From Vicugna vicugna (lineage: Eukaryota): DNA of 64,000 nt. Below the pieces are notes generated by a model. It saw nothing but the letters and a program-made list of their open reading frames with translations, was not told where the DNA came from and made no database searches. Where the stretch lies: positions 496,001 through 560,000 of the forward strand of contig MU063738.1 of NCBI GenBank assembly GCA_013265495.1, written 5' to 3'. This document shows positions 48,020-60,639 of the stretch, piece by piece. The translations under genes and the position numbers were made by a program. The stretch's first letter is position 1. Each line of letters opens with the position of its first letter.

Positions 48020-48680
48020 CATTCACAATAACAGAGACTTACTGAGCCCCTGCTGTGTTCTAGAGACAGAATGCAGAAATGTAACCACCAGGGAGACTTC
48101 GGTCCGGGTTGGGGGATAAATGTGTGTATAGGTAATTACAATTCAGTGGTGGGTGCTATGAAAGGCAAGGGGCCGGTCGCTGAGGGAGCCCAAAGTCGCC
48201 TAGAGGGATGTGGAAGGCCTCTCTGACTAGGAGACTTTCGAATGGACCTGTGAGTTCACTAGGCAGACAATGGGGAGGGAGGGGTGCTCCGGGCAGAAGA
48301 GGCAGCATGTGCAAAGGCACTGGGGTGTGAGGGCAGCGACATACCTGGAGGACAGCAGGGAGAGTGTGGGGAGGGAGCATGGGAGTCTGGGGCGAGGAGC
48401 CCGGGGAGGTCAGCGGAGGAAGGGCCGGGAAGCACCCTGTACATCAGGCCAAGGAGTTTACAGTTGTCCTGAAGGCAGTGGGCAGGGCTGCGGGCTGTGG
48501 AGCAGAACACGACGTGAGCAGTTCTCTAGAAGGATCCCTGGTGCACAGCGGGGGTCACAGAAGTCTGGAGCTGGGGACACAGAGACAGAGGCACCTGTGG
48601 GGTGCAGCTGTCCAGAGGACGGCGAGGAGCAGAGTCCAGGAAAACTGAAGGTTCGGGTGCATGGAGGGACAGGTCATGGC
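48020..48680 (-). mobile_element. L2 fragment
   Basis: ggaaggcctctctgactaggagacttt...gaggcagcatgtgcaaaggcactggggtgtgag...ccaaggagtttacagttgtcctgaaggcagtggg. Confidence 0.65.
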
Positions 48681-50150
48681 TGAGCCCCAGGCCTGGGCGG
48701 ACAGCTAGACCCTCCCCTGTGCAGGAAAGGTGAGTCAAATCTGGTGCAAGGTTGGGATAAAACCTCTGCCTTGTACACGTGAGGCCCTGTCCCAGCGAGC
48801 TGTTCAGGTGGAGCTGCAGGAGAGTCACCTGTGGTGCAGGAGAAGACAAGAGCAAACGCTGAGGTACAAGGTCAGAGGCGGGGTGGGTCAAGTTGCCAGA
48901 GAGCATGCAGAGCACTTGGGGGTGCAGGGTGAGGCCAAGGAGCCCCCACACTCGTGAAGAAAATGGAGCGAAAGTGTGGAAAGGCAGGTGGCCAAGCTCC
49001 CGTTCCTCCGAGGCCAGAAAAAGACGAAGGAAGCTGTCTGGGCGGCCAGAGTTGAAAGTCACTCACATAGTTGGTTGGCAAACACCAGCCAGGGCTCCCA
49101 GGAGCGGAACCAGCTGGGAAGTGACTTTCCTAGAAACCTGCTGACCAGAAAAGCACTGTCCTGCCCAGAGGCCCCACGTGCTGTGCAAGAGTCGGAACCC
49201 CAAGAGAGAAGGGGGGGAGAAAGGAAATGGTAAATCTCATGCACCCTCAGACAAGGTAAGGGGAGCATCTTTGGCCTTGGAAACATCCTGCCTTTCTGGC
49301 TTCTTCTTGTTTGTTCTTTTTGTGGGGACAGGAGACACGGGGCTGCTGCAGGGCCGGGCTGCATGGGGTTCACAGTGTCACAGTGAAGACGCAGGGTCCT
49401 TCTGGGAGTCAGATCAGACGAGGACTCGACCGTCCCCTTCTCTGGCTGCCACCCTTGCAGCCTCCACTGCAGAGGAAGGCCGGGCCTCCTACTTCCACCT
49501 CCCTGGCCTCAGGATGGGGCTGAGGAAGGATGGCAGGGTCTGCACAGGGTGCCCAGTCCTCATCCTGAGCGTCCTGGGGTCCATCTCCCGAAGATGCTTC
49601 CCGCACCCTGGACAGCTGCCCTGGGGCCTGCCTCAGAGCTGGTCGGATCCCTCTGCCTGCAGCTCCGGCACCGAGGCTGCTGTCCCTGAAACCCACCACC
49701 TGCCGTGTGGTGCTAAACACTCAACAGAAGCATCATACTTCATCTTTACTTTTTTACCCCAGCTCAGAGAGGTACAGTAACCTGCTTGAGGACACACAGC
49801 TGGGATCCAAATGCAGGTTTGTCCAACCCAAAAGCTGAGACTCTCAGCCACTTCTCTGTGCAGCCTTACGGAAGTTTAACACAAGAAGGGGCCTGAAGAG
49901 GATGTACACTTATTTTCCAGAAATGGAAATTGCTTTCCAGAGAAGTTGAGCACCAAGGCCAGGCACCCGGCGATGCAGGGTCGACACCAGCACTCACAGA
50001 TGGGGAGTGGAGAAGTGGCCCCCCTCCGCTCCTGCCCGTGAATGTGCCCCTGTGGGTTGCACCTGATAAACTCTGAGCCCCGCCCAGAGGGGCACCCCCC
50101 TCTGCCCGGCCTGGGCTTCCTTGGTTCTTTACAGTGGTTGGGACGTCAGA

Positions 50151-50167
50151 GGCCACTAGGTGGAGCC
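50151..50167 (+). promoter_or_regulatory. Candidate CTCF site
   Basis: ggCCACTAGGTGGAGcc is close to the CCASYAGRKGGCR consensus; a second candidate is TGGCCACCAGGAGGCC at 21343-21358. Confidence 0.35.
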
Positions 50168-52249
50168 AGACGTCCAGAGATGGACATTCAGGGCCACCCT
50201 CACTCCAGCAGTCCTAACCCAGCCCACCCTGCCCGAGCCTGGCCCACAGACAACCTGCTGCTGCCTCTGCTGCTGTCGGAGGGAGGGACAGGGAGGAGGC
50301 AGGCCCCGGGGTGGGGGCCGACATGCGGGGATGTGGGGATGTACCTGCTGCTCCACTCCACCCCTCTCTCCTGAGGGCACCCAGCGTGGGTCCCCTCAGG
50401 GGTCCGCCTCCCAGGCAAAGTCTCCTCTCCTGGACCGACCTGGGTCAGCCTCCGACTCAGAGGCAAGCCAAGAAGAGGGCAAAGCCCCTTCCGCCCTTGG
50501 GAATGCCTCCAGGACCCCAGGGATTCCCCCACCTCCTCCCTGGGGATTCCCTCCCACGCTGGCCCTGGGAAAGGTACTCAGGTGGCACAGGGTGGGACAG
50601 GTTGGGGCTGCCCCCGGCATTGAGTGGGGAGAGGGCTGGTGTGGGGGTGCCGCCCGAGGAAGTAGCTAAGAGCCGACATTTCCTCGAGCAAGTTCCACGA
50701 GCCGCACCATCCAGCGATGGAAACAGACGGTTGGGATTTGGCTCCTTCGGTGGCTCTGCGGCTTCCTGGCTGTGTGTACCCGGCTTTGGCCCAGCAGGGA
50801 ACTGCTCTGCGCCTCATCTGTGGTGAGGGGCAGCAACAGCCTGCTCGTGAAGACCAAGTGGGCTGGCCTGTCAGTCGCTGGACCAGTGCCTGGGACTCAG
50901 GACGCAGAGGGGAGGGGGGCTGCTGCCAGGGTGACCCCTGACTCTCACCCCGGCCCCACGAGGCCGCTGCATTACCATCTTCGCTTCACGGATCTGGAGC
51001 TGAACACAGAGGCAGGAGGCAGCCAGAGGCAAGCAGGCTAACTCGAGAGGGCTCCTCCCCTGCCAGGGCTCGGTGCCTGCCGCTGGCACCAGGCCCGAGG
51101 GTGCCCACGGGGCCCCGCTGCACCAGTGAGCAACACGGGCATGACCTCTGCCCCTTGAGACTCACCTTCGGGGAGGGCGGCAGCCACTGGAAAAACCACG
51201 CCCCGAAGAGCGCAAGCATAGCCTGTGAGGAAAGACGTGGGAGGACGGGGCACGAGGTCCAGGGACCGCTCTGTCCGTTGCTTTCTCCTGGGGGAAGGTG
51301 GGGGTGTCAGCCTGGGCCTGAGGCCTCACAAGGGTGCCGTGGCAATGGAATGGGCGTCGTGGGGACCGTTTACGAAGGGACGGCTTCGGCGGTCATGAGC
51401 GCCAGAGCGCCTCGGAGCGTGGTCCTTGGGTCCCCAGCCCCTGGGGGCCGAGCGGAGGGCCTGCGTCCGGGCCCCGCCGCAGACCGGCTCCATCAGACCC
51501 GACGGGACCGGCCTTCCAGGTTTCACAAAGCCCCCCAGAGGACGTGCAGGCGGGGTCCGGTCAGCAAGTCAGGTACCCCCGCTGCCTCCACGGATGGGAT
51601 GGAGGGCGCTGCCCCTGTGGGGTCTTGGGGCCGAGCTGGTGGGAGGCTCCCAGACCACAGCCCCTCAACTCTGGGGAGCAGGGCCTGTCTCCCAGCAGCT
51701 CCCTCAGCACCTGGCCTTCAGGAGATGCTTAACACACGTGTGAAAGGAAAAATAACTCGGCAGAGGCACAAAACCGCTCACAGAGTCCCACCTGAGGGGT
51801 CCCCAGTGTGGGCAGATGCCCGCAGAAGCCCCTCCCCTGGGGTCTCACTGTCACAGCCGTGCCCTGGTTCCCCAGACTGTCATGCTCCAAACATGGCTCA
51901 CCACCGCCCCCCTCCCGCCCCAGTCAGCCCGGCTGAGGCAAGGCTGGAATGTTCCAGCATGCGGAGGGTCGGATGCCACCGTGATGTAAGCCGCGTACGA
52001 GGAACCAACAGCCTAGCGGGCGAGGTGTCATCCTGCCTCTGACGCCGGGGCTCCTCCGCTGAGCTCCGGCCAGCACCCAGCCCTGGGGCGCCCCAGGCAC
52101 TGCTGTCTTCCAGCGGGGAAGGGAGGGCCTCCCACCTAAAGCCAGCACTCCAGGTCAGGGCCTCCCCGCAGGGACCCTCCAGGCCCAGCCAGCTGGCCCC
52201 GTCAAAAGGCTTATGGGATTCATAGTCTCTGTAGGGGGAGTAAGTCACG

Positions 52250-52830
52250 TAGGTGTTTATTTAACAAGTGCTTATTGACTCCTGTTATGCGCCAGACACA
52301 CGACTTACTGCTAGTGACAACCAGCCGCCGTCTGAGCCCCTCACCGCTGACAGGGAAGCCGCTGCCTCTCAGAGCAGCTCGCTCCAGTTTTAGACGGCTG
52401 TAAGGTGGGCGGTGCACCTTGTCAGAAACGTGAGTCCAGGAAAACCCACTCACCCCCTGGCAGAGATAGGACACACCGAGGACCCAGGTGGGAGATGCAG
52501 TCAGCAGACGCAAAGTCAGCTCCAGAAGGAACAGGACCAGCCCCAGTGACAGGTGGAGGCGCATGTGACCAGCAGGTTGGGACGCTTGAGGACAGCTGGA
52601 CGGTGCTGGGCGTGTTAAAGAAGGCTTCCTACGCAGAAGTCTTAGAAGGGCTTCTCCCGGGGCAGAGTCTGGGGGCGGAGAGGGAGCTAGCTGGGCAAAG
52701 AGGAGGTGGAGCAGAAGTTCCAGGCAGGAAGGTGGCTGGCGGGGAGGAAAGGTGGCTTCTGGGAAGGATCAGTCCGCTGAGCGGAGCAGTGGTCACCAGG
52801 CTGGAGGAGGGAGCCTGGCTCCCGGAACTC
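52250..52830 (-). mobile_element. L2 3' fragment
   Basis: tttatttaacaagtgcttattgactcctgttatgcgccagacac (antisense L2 end) ... aaagaaggcttcctacgcagaag. Confidence 0.6.
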
Positions 52831-55817
52831 AAGACCAGGCCCTGAGGAGCCGGGCAGGGGTGGGGCGAGGCTGGAGAAGCCTAGGAAACCCACGGAAGGC
52901 GCCCCTGCTTCTTCCCTCTGCCCCTTCCCAAGTGAGCCGGCCCCAGGGCGTCCGAGTCCCTGAACCTCTCCTGGCTCTCCACCTCGAGGGGCAGGAGGGC
53001 AGGCCGGAGGGCTCTGGAGTCTGGGACGTGGTCCTGGAGCCCTGGGATGGTGGGAGGGCCAGGATGAAACCCTAGGGGCTATGGCTGTGAGGGGGCCGGC
53101 TACAGTGGCGGAGGGGACACTGCGGGAAGACACCCCCACTTCTTCTTGGGTGGTGACTGTCTGGGAGGTGAAGGGGGCTCTAGACAGAGCAGTCCCGGGG
53201 CCCTGCCCCGATGGCTGGCCCCCAGGTGCTGGTGCCGACCCCACCTCCCTCTGGCACCCCAACCCACAGCCCCGGGCGAGCAGATAATTCCTGGCCGGGC
53301 GCCCCAGCCATGTCCTTTCTGCTTTCCTGCCCTGATGTTCTGACACAAGCTGCCCACCAGGCTCAACACGAACGAATGTGGTTCGGAGCCAGGGAGGAGG
53401 CATGGCCTTGCCCGGGCAGCACCTGCCAGGCCGTGTCAGGGCACAGGCTGGGGTGCTGAAGGAGGGTGGTCGGACTTCCGCTCTGGGGTCCTTCTGAGCC
53501 CAAGAGCGGCTCCGACCTCCTCCCTCTCCCCAGGGTGAGCGGTTGTCCTGACGCAGCGGGAGGTTGGATGCGCCACGTCCTCGCTCTATGGCCCTGGGCA
53601 AGGTCTCCTGAGCTGACCCTCAGCTTTCCTGGCTGCAAGTGGGGTAGTGGAACTCCCGCAAAGGCTCTTCTGAAAGTCACACTGCACAGCAAAGGGGCCT
53701 TCCCGACACAAAGCGGGCTCCTCACGAGGGTCTCCTTCCTCTTCCTTCACACCTGCCTCAGCTCCTGGCCCCACAAGAGCCGTCCTCAGTGGCCCTGGAC
53801 CCTTATGTTCATGCAGCGCAGCCCCCAAGCCCCCACCCTACATCGGGAGGCCCCAGGGCCTGCCATCCAGCCAGCCTGGCAATGGGCTCTGACTCAGAGC
53901 GCCCAGGGACCTCAGGCCACACGGCCAGGAGCCCAGCACGCGACGGGCCCTCCTAGTGTGACACGTTTACTCCAAGCCCACTTCAGTCATCGCCCAAATT
54001 GGGGCGAAGAGGTGGGGAGGGCGTCAGAGGACGGACAGAGCCTCCTGCTACATCTCCTGTGGGAGGGACGGGGACTTGGGGAGCAAGTCCCAGAGGAGGC
54101 TGAACAGACACAGAGCCCCCACCCCCGCTGGGTCTGTCCCACCCGGAACTGCAGGGCCTGCCGGCTGCCCAAGCCCTTGGGTGGGATTGGCCTGTGGATG
54201 AGCAGATGGGCTTCTGGCCGAGCCTAGACCCCTCCCACCTCCGGCTGCCCCTGGTTGTAGGGGTCACATCTTGCCCACTTCTGATTCATCCTGGACTCAC
54301 TCTTCTCTCCCGTCCAAATCAGCTCACAAGTTCTGCAGTCCGCAGGGCTCACCGGGCTAGGTCCTGCGGCCTCGGGAGCTGAGAGGGAGGCGTTTTGCTG
54401 AAGCCGCCCTACGTGAGGACAGACTGCAGGGAGGCGGGTGCCTGGCCGCACCGGCCCCTGGCGTCCTGACACCTCCTGGGGGTTGAGGCTTTGGTCCTGC
54501 TGGGGCTGTGCAGGGCTTCAGCCAAGGCCAGGCCCGGGGTCAGCACTCGCAGCAACAGCACCCTGCATCTGCAGGATGTGCGTGTCCACCTCCCGGGACC
54601 CCCCCAGGGTCGCCCGAGGCAGGTCTGGACGGCGGTCGTCTTCCTCGGGGGAGGCCCCTCCCCACGCAGCCCTGCTCCAGCACCCGTGAGCCACCAGCAA
54701 CCCTTGGGCTCAGCCCGCTTCTGCGATGGCAGATCCCGGCCTCCCGGGCCTCGGCGTGTTCCAGGGCACAGTCCCTTCTCCGGGCCACCTAGGGGCACCT
54801 AGGACACCCTCCAGGGTGGCCCATGAGCCCAAGACTGACCGGGCTCCTGGAACTTAGGCAGGACGCCCTCATCAACACAGTAGGCCCCGCCCCCCTGGAT
54901 GAGCCCCTCGCTGGCCCTGGCCCTCATCCGTAGGGTGGAGCTTTGCTGGAGGAGCTCGGACCCTTCGGGCCATGACTCCCAGGGAACTTCCGTGAGCACC
55001 AACTAGCTGATTTTTATTTGGCTTCGGTTTTGGTTTTTGCCTATGATGAGGGAAATTTTTGGACCCCTGGGCCTAACAGTCCACAGAAAGCTGGAACTGG
55101 ACGTTGCAATCTCCCGGACCCCCAGGGGCTGGGGGGAAGTGGAGCCGGCAGGGACCTTGGTGGAGGCAGGAAGGCGCACGCCTCCACCTGTGCAGGTGCC
55201 CGTGGCCAGGCCTGTGTGTCTCTGTGAACCACCCCAGCATGGAGCTGGCCACGGGCAGGCGTGTTTATATTTCTTTCTCGAGTGGTTGGGGCAGGGGTGT
55301 GGTCCAACAGATGGCTAGCTGGGTACAGGTGTGTCCAGCTGGAAGAGGCACCCGGCCCGGGCCTCCAGATTGGCTGTCAGTGAGTCATGGCAGCTGGGCT
55401 CTCGGAGCGAAGTGAACAGGCCATCATGGAGTCAGGGTCATGCCCGGCCTTATCTTCAGGGCCTTCTCTGCCAGCCCAGACGGACAATGTCCCCGTATCA
55501 GCAGTGACGCGCGTAGGCGGCTGACTCCAGGTCAGTGGGACATGCCCTCTGGGTCGCCTTCCCAGCAGGCTGCGGATCACCTCAACCTCGCCACGCCCAA
55601 CACCACAGCCCTCCCAGGGCCTGTGGCCCCCCCATGGGGGGGACAGGGGGGCCAGCTGGCTGGCCGACTGTAACCCAGCAAAGCCATCTAGGGGTCTTCT
55701 CAGTCCTTAAAGGCCCACCTGAACTGACCAGCAACATACAAATCTTAGTGGGTAACAGACATTCTAGAAACCAGCTCCAGACTCTGGGAAGGGCCCCCAG
55801 GGAGATGGCAGGGAGGT

Positions 55818-55831
55818 GTTGCCATGGTAAC
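55818..55831. promoter_or_regulatory. RFX X-box
   Basis: GTTGCCATGGTAAC, near-perfect 14-bp X-box palindrome. Confidence 0.55.
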
Positions 55832-56906
55832 TCGCAACCTTCGGAGGATCCTGCAAGAAGGAGAGGCAGGAGCAAGGGACCCCAACCCCAGGTCTCTGGA
55901 CACGTGGCCCATGGGATGCGTCCTGCCTCACAGTCCCAAGTCACAGGCACCCACAGAGCTTTCCACCTCCCAGGCCCTTGGTGGGTGTGGCTTTGTGTCA
56001 TTCCAGGAGGGTGGGCTCCATGCCTGTCCCAAGCCCCAGATAGACAGAGCAAGGCCTCCATGGAGACATGGGCTGCCCAAGGCCACAGGCAGGGGCCGGC
56101 AGCCAGCAGGAGCAGACACAGGGACATCTACCCTTCTTGCCTTGACAAAGCTCTCTCCCTGCCTGGCCACCCAAACGGCCGCAGCCCCCAGCCCTCCCTC
56201 GGGGGCCTGGGACCACTCTTGGGGATGGTGAGGACTGGCCTGACCACCTTGACTCAGACCTGCAACTTCTGAGAAGCTCCAAGCTTTCAAGAAACCACCA
56301 CACGTTTCCCCATCTGTCTTCCCCCTTTGTCTGCCTACCTGAGCAGAATACAATTTTTGTGTCTGGGTGGGGGGGGGGCATTGAGCTGGGGGGGCCCAGG
56401 CCAGCTCCCTGTGGCGGCCAGGCCATCGCCAGTACCCGAGACCCAGTCCCGCCTGCCAGGCGGGCACAGCAGCCATGTAGGGTGCCTGGGCAGAGCGCCA
56501 GAGGAAATTTTCCACCTGCCTGGCTTCGCTCTGTGGTCTGGAGCCTGGGCCTGGGGAGGGGCTGCCCCCACGGTACCTGGAGGAGAGCCGCCCCCAACAC
56601 GCGGCCAACCCTCACCTCGTCCCATGACAGCCAGCAGTGTCGCTCTGTCCCCCTGAGAGAGGCAGGGGCTACTTGGCTCACCCGATGAGCAGATGGGGAC
56701 ACTGAGGCATCAGAGAGCAAGAGACCAAGGGCACAGGAGGAGGTGGTGGCCAGGCCAGGCCTCAGAGCCAGACTCACAACACAGTGTCCTTGACCACATC
56801 TCCCAGGCTCCCCAGAGCTCACCTCTCCCTGATCTCACTCCTCCACCCCAAGAGCCCAGGCCCCTCCCACACCCTGTCCTCCCTTCTTGGCACAAAGTTC
56901 ACGGGC

Positions 56907-56942
56907 TCTGTGTGTGTGTGTATGTGTGAGAGTGTGTGTGTG
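56907..56942 (+). repeat. (TG)n microsatellite
   Basis: ctgtgtgtgtgtgtatgtgtgagagtgtgtgtgtgt. Confidence 0.85.
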
Positions 56943-58266
56943 TCCCTGGCCGGGCTCTGCCTGGCTGCCTGGGGCTGAGGGTGGGGCCGAGGCTGCACCA
57001 GGACCCATGTGACGACTGAAACCAGGGATGGCCACCGAGGCCGGAAGGCTCCCTGGGAGAGACTAGAGGCAGAGGGCTGAGGACTCAGCTCTGGGTGGGG
57101 CGGGGGTGAAACCCAGGGCCTCTGGGAGGGCAGGGCTTCTGGCTTGCCCCTCAGATCTCTTGCCTTGCTGAGGAGGAGTCCAAGACCCCATCCCAGCCTT
57201 AGGCCACTTGCAGGGATGGGGTCAGACGGCACCCCGTGTTCCCAGGCTCAGAGCCTGGCATCTCTCCCTCCCACGGTGAGGTGACCCAGGTGCACCTGCT
57301 CCTGTGAGTAAACAGCAAAGGAAGGCCTGGGGCTGGGGCGGCCGAGGCTGAAACTGGGAGCCCGGGGCCCATGAGTCATGCTCTCGATGCGTGGCCACCA
57401 GGGAGGAAGGCAGGAGGGAGGATCCGGGCCACGACACAGGCGGGTCTGGGCCCCACGCTCCTCCCCTGGGACTCCTGAAAGTGTCCTCAGCAATGTCTCT
57501 TACAGCCTCTTCATCTCACTGAGTTAGGCTGCACCCTAGAGGCAGCCCAGAGAGGACAAGTGACTTGTCTGCACACACACAGCATGTTAGTGTCTCAGAC
57601 TCCTGAGCTGTGGATTCAGATCCCAGAGTCGGGAACAGAGCTCCAGCAGGCTTGCCCTGCCCTGCCCAGTCCAACCCGCTGCCCACTGGGAGAGAGATTT
57701 GTAACTGCAACCTGGGATGGGGCCTGACGTCACCCAGGTGTCACTGCTCCATCCCCGGAAGCCCTTCCCGGTGGTGTGAAGTCACAGGGCTGGACCAGTT
57801 CTGCCGGGAAGAAAGTTCCACCCTGGGAGGCAGGGTGGACGACTGAGGGATCCGGGTCTAGGCTTGTGTTTGCACAAGATTGAGCTCCCCCGTGACTCCC
57901 CGTGGCCTCGGCGGTTCCCTGTCCTCCCTGCCCCGCTTCCCTCCCCCCCGACACCAGGCTCCTGGTGCTGGTCCTGTGGGTGACTGAGTCAGCTCTCTGG
58001 GGCCAGGTCACAAATACCACGAAGTGGAGCCTTCCCTGGCCATGCTGGTATTGGGGTCAGGAGGGAGGAATTTAGAGAATTCAGAGATTCGGGTCATCCT
58101 AGCAAAGCTCAGCCTGTCCCCTGGCTGAGCCCTGGGCTGGTGTCTGGCCTCACGGAGCCTCCGCTGGAAACATGTCCGTCCCCACGGGGCTGTCCTGACA
58201 GTTACAGGCAACGATCCGTGTTACTCCACCCGCGGCCTGGCTTGGGGCAACAGGGGCTCACGCTCT

Positions 58267-58380
58267 GTTTGGTCTTTGCTTTGTTTTTTGAGGGGGGTAA
58301 TTAGGGCTATGTACTTAACAGAGGCATGGGGGACTGAACCCAGAGCCTTGTGCAAGCGGAGCATATGCTCTGCTCCCAGT
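58267..58380 (-). mobile_element. Camelid-type tRNA-derived SINE, partial
   Basis: ttttttgaggggggtaattagg...ggggactgaacccagagccttgtgcaagc...atgctctgctccc is the reverse complement of the same family as 13126-13275. Confidence 0.65.
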
Positions 58381-58754
58381 AGGGGCTCACGTTTTGGAAG
58401 ATCAAGGGCAAAGTATCCAGAGGCGGATGCTGCCATCAATGGGCCAGATCCAGGAGAACCACCTCGAGCCCCTGCCTCGCATTTCCTCAGCAGCCCCCTC
58501 TGACACCAGGGCCGGAGTGTCCTCTGCCCACCAAGACAGACGGAAGGATGGGTGGACAGTCGGATGGACAAGGGGGGCGCTGGGCCCCTCTCCCGGACGG
58601 GGAGTCGTGCTGGCAGCGAGCCTTCTGTTACCCCAAAGCCACTGCCCCCCGAGTCTCTTCCTCACCGTGAGCCTCACCCCCCAGCTCGGAGCCTGGAGGG
58701 CTGGCCGGCGGGCGGGGGCCTCCCGCCATGCACAGCACTCTGTCTCTGCTCCTC

Positions 58755-59050
58755 CGGGTTTCTGTTTTATTGGAGCAAAGTGCGACTACAACGTGCAGTG
58801 CTGTGTTGGCCTGTGTGCGCAGCACAGCGGCCCAGCCACACACGCTTGTGCGTTCCTTCTCGTATTCTTTTCCGTGACAGGTTATTGCAAGGTACTGAGT
58901 GCAGTTCCCTGTGCTGCACAGAAGGGCCTTGCTCTTCACATCTGCTCTCTTTCTTGCTGTTTGTCACGGGCCTCACCCTACCATCCGTGCTCTCCTCTCC
59001 AATGAGACGTCAACTCCCCCGTTCCTCTCCTGTCTCCCAGTGTCTCTAAA
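58755..59050 (-). mobile_element. L1 3'UTR fragment (cetartiodactyl/laurasiatherian type)
   Basis: ttttattggagcaaagtgcgactacaacgtg...attcttttccgtgacaggttattgcaaggtactgagtgcagttccctgtgctgcacag matches the recalled L1 3' end. Confidence 0.65.
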
Positions 59051-59292
59051 TCCCAGAGTCCAGGGCAGGGGGCTGCCCCTAGAGTGAGCGAGTGAGTCCC
59101 CAGTCCCAGGTGTCCAGGGGCAGAGACCCGAAGGCCCTCCTCCCACCCACATGCACATGTGAACCCACGGGGCTGTGTGCACCCCTGGGACAGGGGCTCT
59201 GTTGCTCCACAGCGCCTGCTGGGATGGGGAGGCTCCCCTGCTCCAGGATACTCCACATGGCGGGGGAGAAGGGAGAGGGGGACTGAAAGTGC

Positions 59293-59306
59293 ATAACCAT
59301 GGCAAC
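59293..59306. promoter_or_regulatory. RFX X-box, 1-2 mismatches
   Basis: ATAACCATGGCAAC. Confidence 0.45.
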
Positions 59307-59634
59307 CATCCACCCTGGACCTCAAGGAGACGCAGCCAGGAACTCAGTGTATCCAGGAGTGTTACTCAGGCCCACAGGTGCCCAGCACTGGGCTAGGCCC
59401 CTGGGGAAGCAGAAATGGGGAGGCCAAGCAAGCAGACTGTGCTGGCAGTGACAGCCTGGGTGCGGGGACAAAGGAGCTGGGGGTCCTAGAGCCGGGAATC
59501 ACCCAAATCTAGCCGCAGGGTATAGGGTGGGAGGGGCATCAGAGCCAGGACGGAAGGGGAGGTCGGTCTGGGCAGGGAGAGGAGTGTGGTTCGTGGCACA
59601 GAGAGGAGACAGGGTGGGATGTTCTTCCCAGAAA

Positions 59635-59886
59635 AGCTGGTCCAGCCCTGTGATGTCACACCCCAGGGCAGCGCTTCCTGGGACCCGTGACACCTGGCTG
59701 ACGTCAGGGACACAGCAGAGCTGGTCCAGCCCTGTGATGTCACACCCAGGGCAGGGCTTCCAGGGACCCGTGACACCTGGCTGACGTCAGGGACACAGCA
59801 GAGCTGGTCCAGCCCTGTGATGTCACACCCCAGGGCAGGGCTTCCTGGGACCTGTGACACCCGGCTGGCGTCAGGGAGGCAGAGCT
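59635..59886 (+). repeat. Minisatellite of about 83 bp, 3 copies
   Basis: Units start at 59635, 59719 and 59802 (agctggtccagccctgtgatgtcacacc...gtgacacctggctgacgtcaggga). Confidence 0.95.
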
Positions 59887-60639
59887 CCAGGGAAATTCAG
59901 GGGCCTAGGGAGATGCTGTAGCTCATGGGGAGGGTGCAGGATTGCACGTGTGCGTACTTCAAGTGAGTGAACGTTACTGTGAGGAACAGATTCTCCAGCG
60001 GTTGCTTTAAAAGAGGGGGCAGGGTGGGGAGCAGAAGAGACGGAAGGCCCCTGCTGAGGGGGGTAGGGGAGATGTGCGGGTGAGGTCCAGAGGTGTCTGC
60101 AGGTGGAGCGGGCTTTGTTTGGAAGGTCCCAGCTCCAGGTCAGTGTGGAGAACACTCAAGTCTCCTGTGTGATGCAAGTCACCATCGTGTTTCCCCAGAC
60201 GACGACTCTTTCTCATCTTTACCACCGACGGTCATTCCCAGAATTCTGGAAATCTCACGTTCTTCATCTGGAAATATGGGTCTTAATCCCTTCCCTGACA
60301 GCTATCGCAGGGTTCCTGTGAGGATGAAATCAGAAAACACATACAAAAGCGTTTCACTGCAGGGGCCTTAAATGAGTAAAGTGAGAGATGGTCCTACAGC
60401 TCTGTCCATCCTCTGTCCTGCGTGGCTGGGTCCGTTACGGACTCCGTGAAGACAGGGACCTGGCGTAGACTTCTGTTTCAGTCGCTGGGGCAGTTCTCAT
60501 CCCACAGAAGGTAAGACAGGCCTTGATGAGAGTCCTTTAAGATAAAGGTCTTAAACCCTGAGGACTCTTTTTGGCCGCATTTTCCACTTCTCTGGGCTGT
60601 TTGGCATGACGCTGCAGCTGCTGGTGCTGGGCGATAGTG

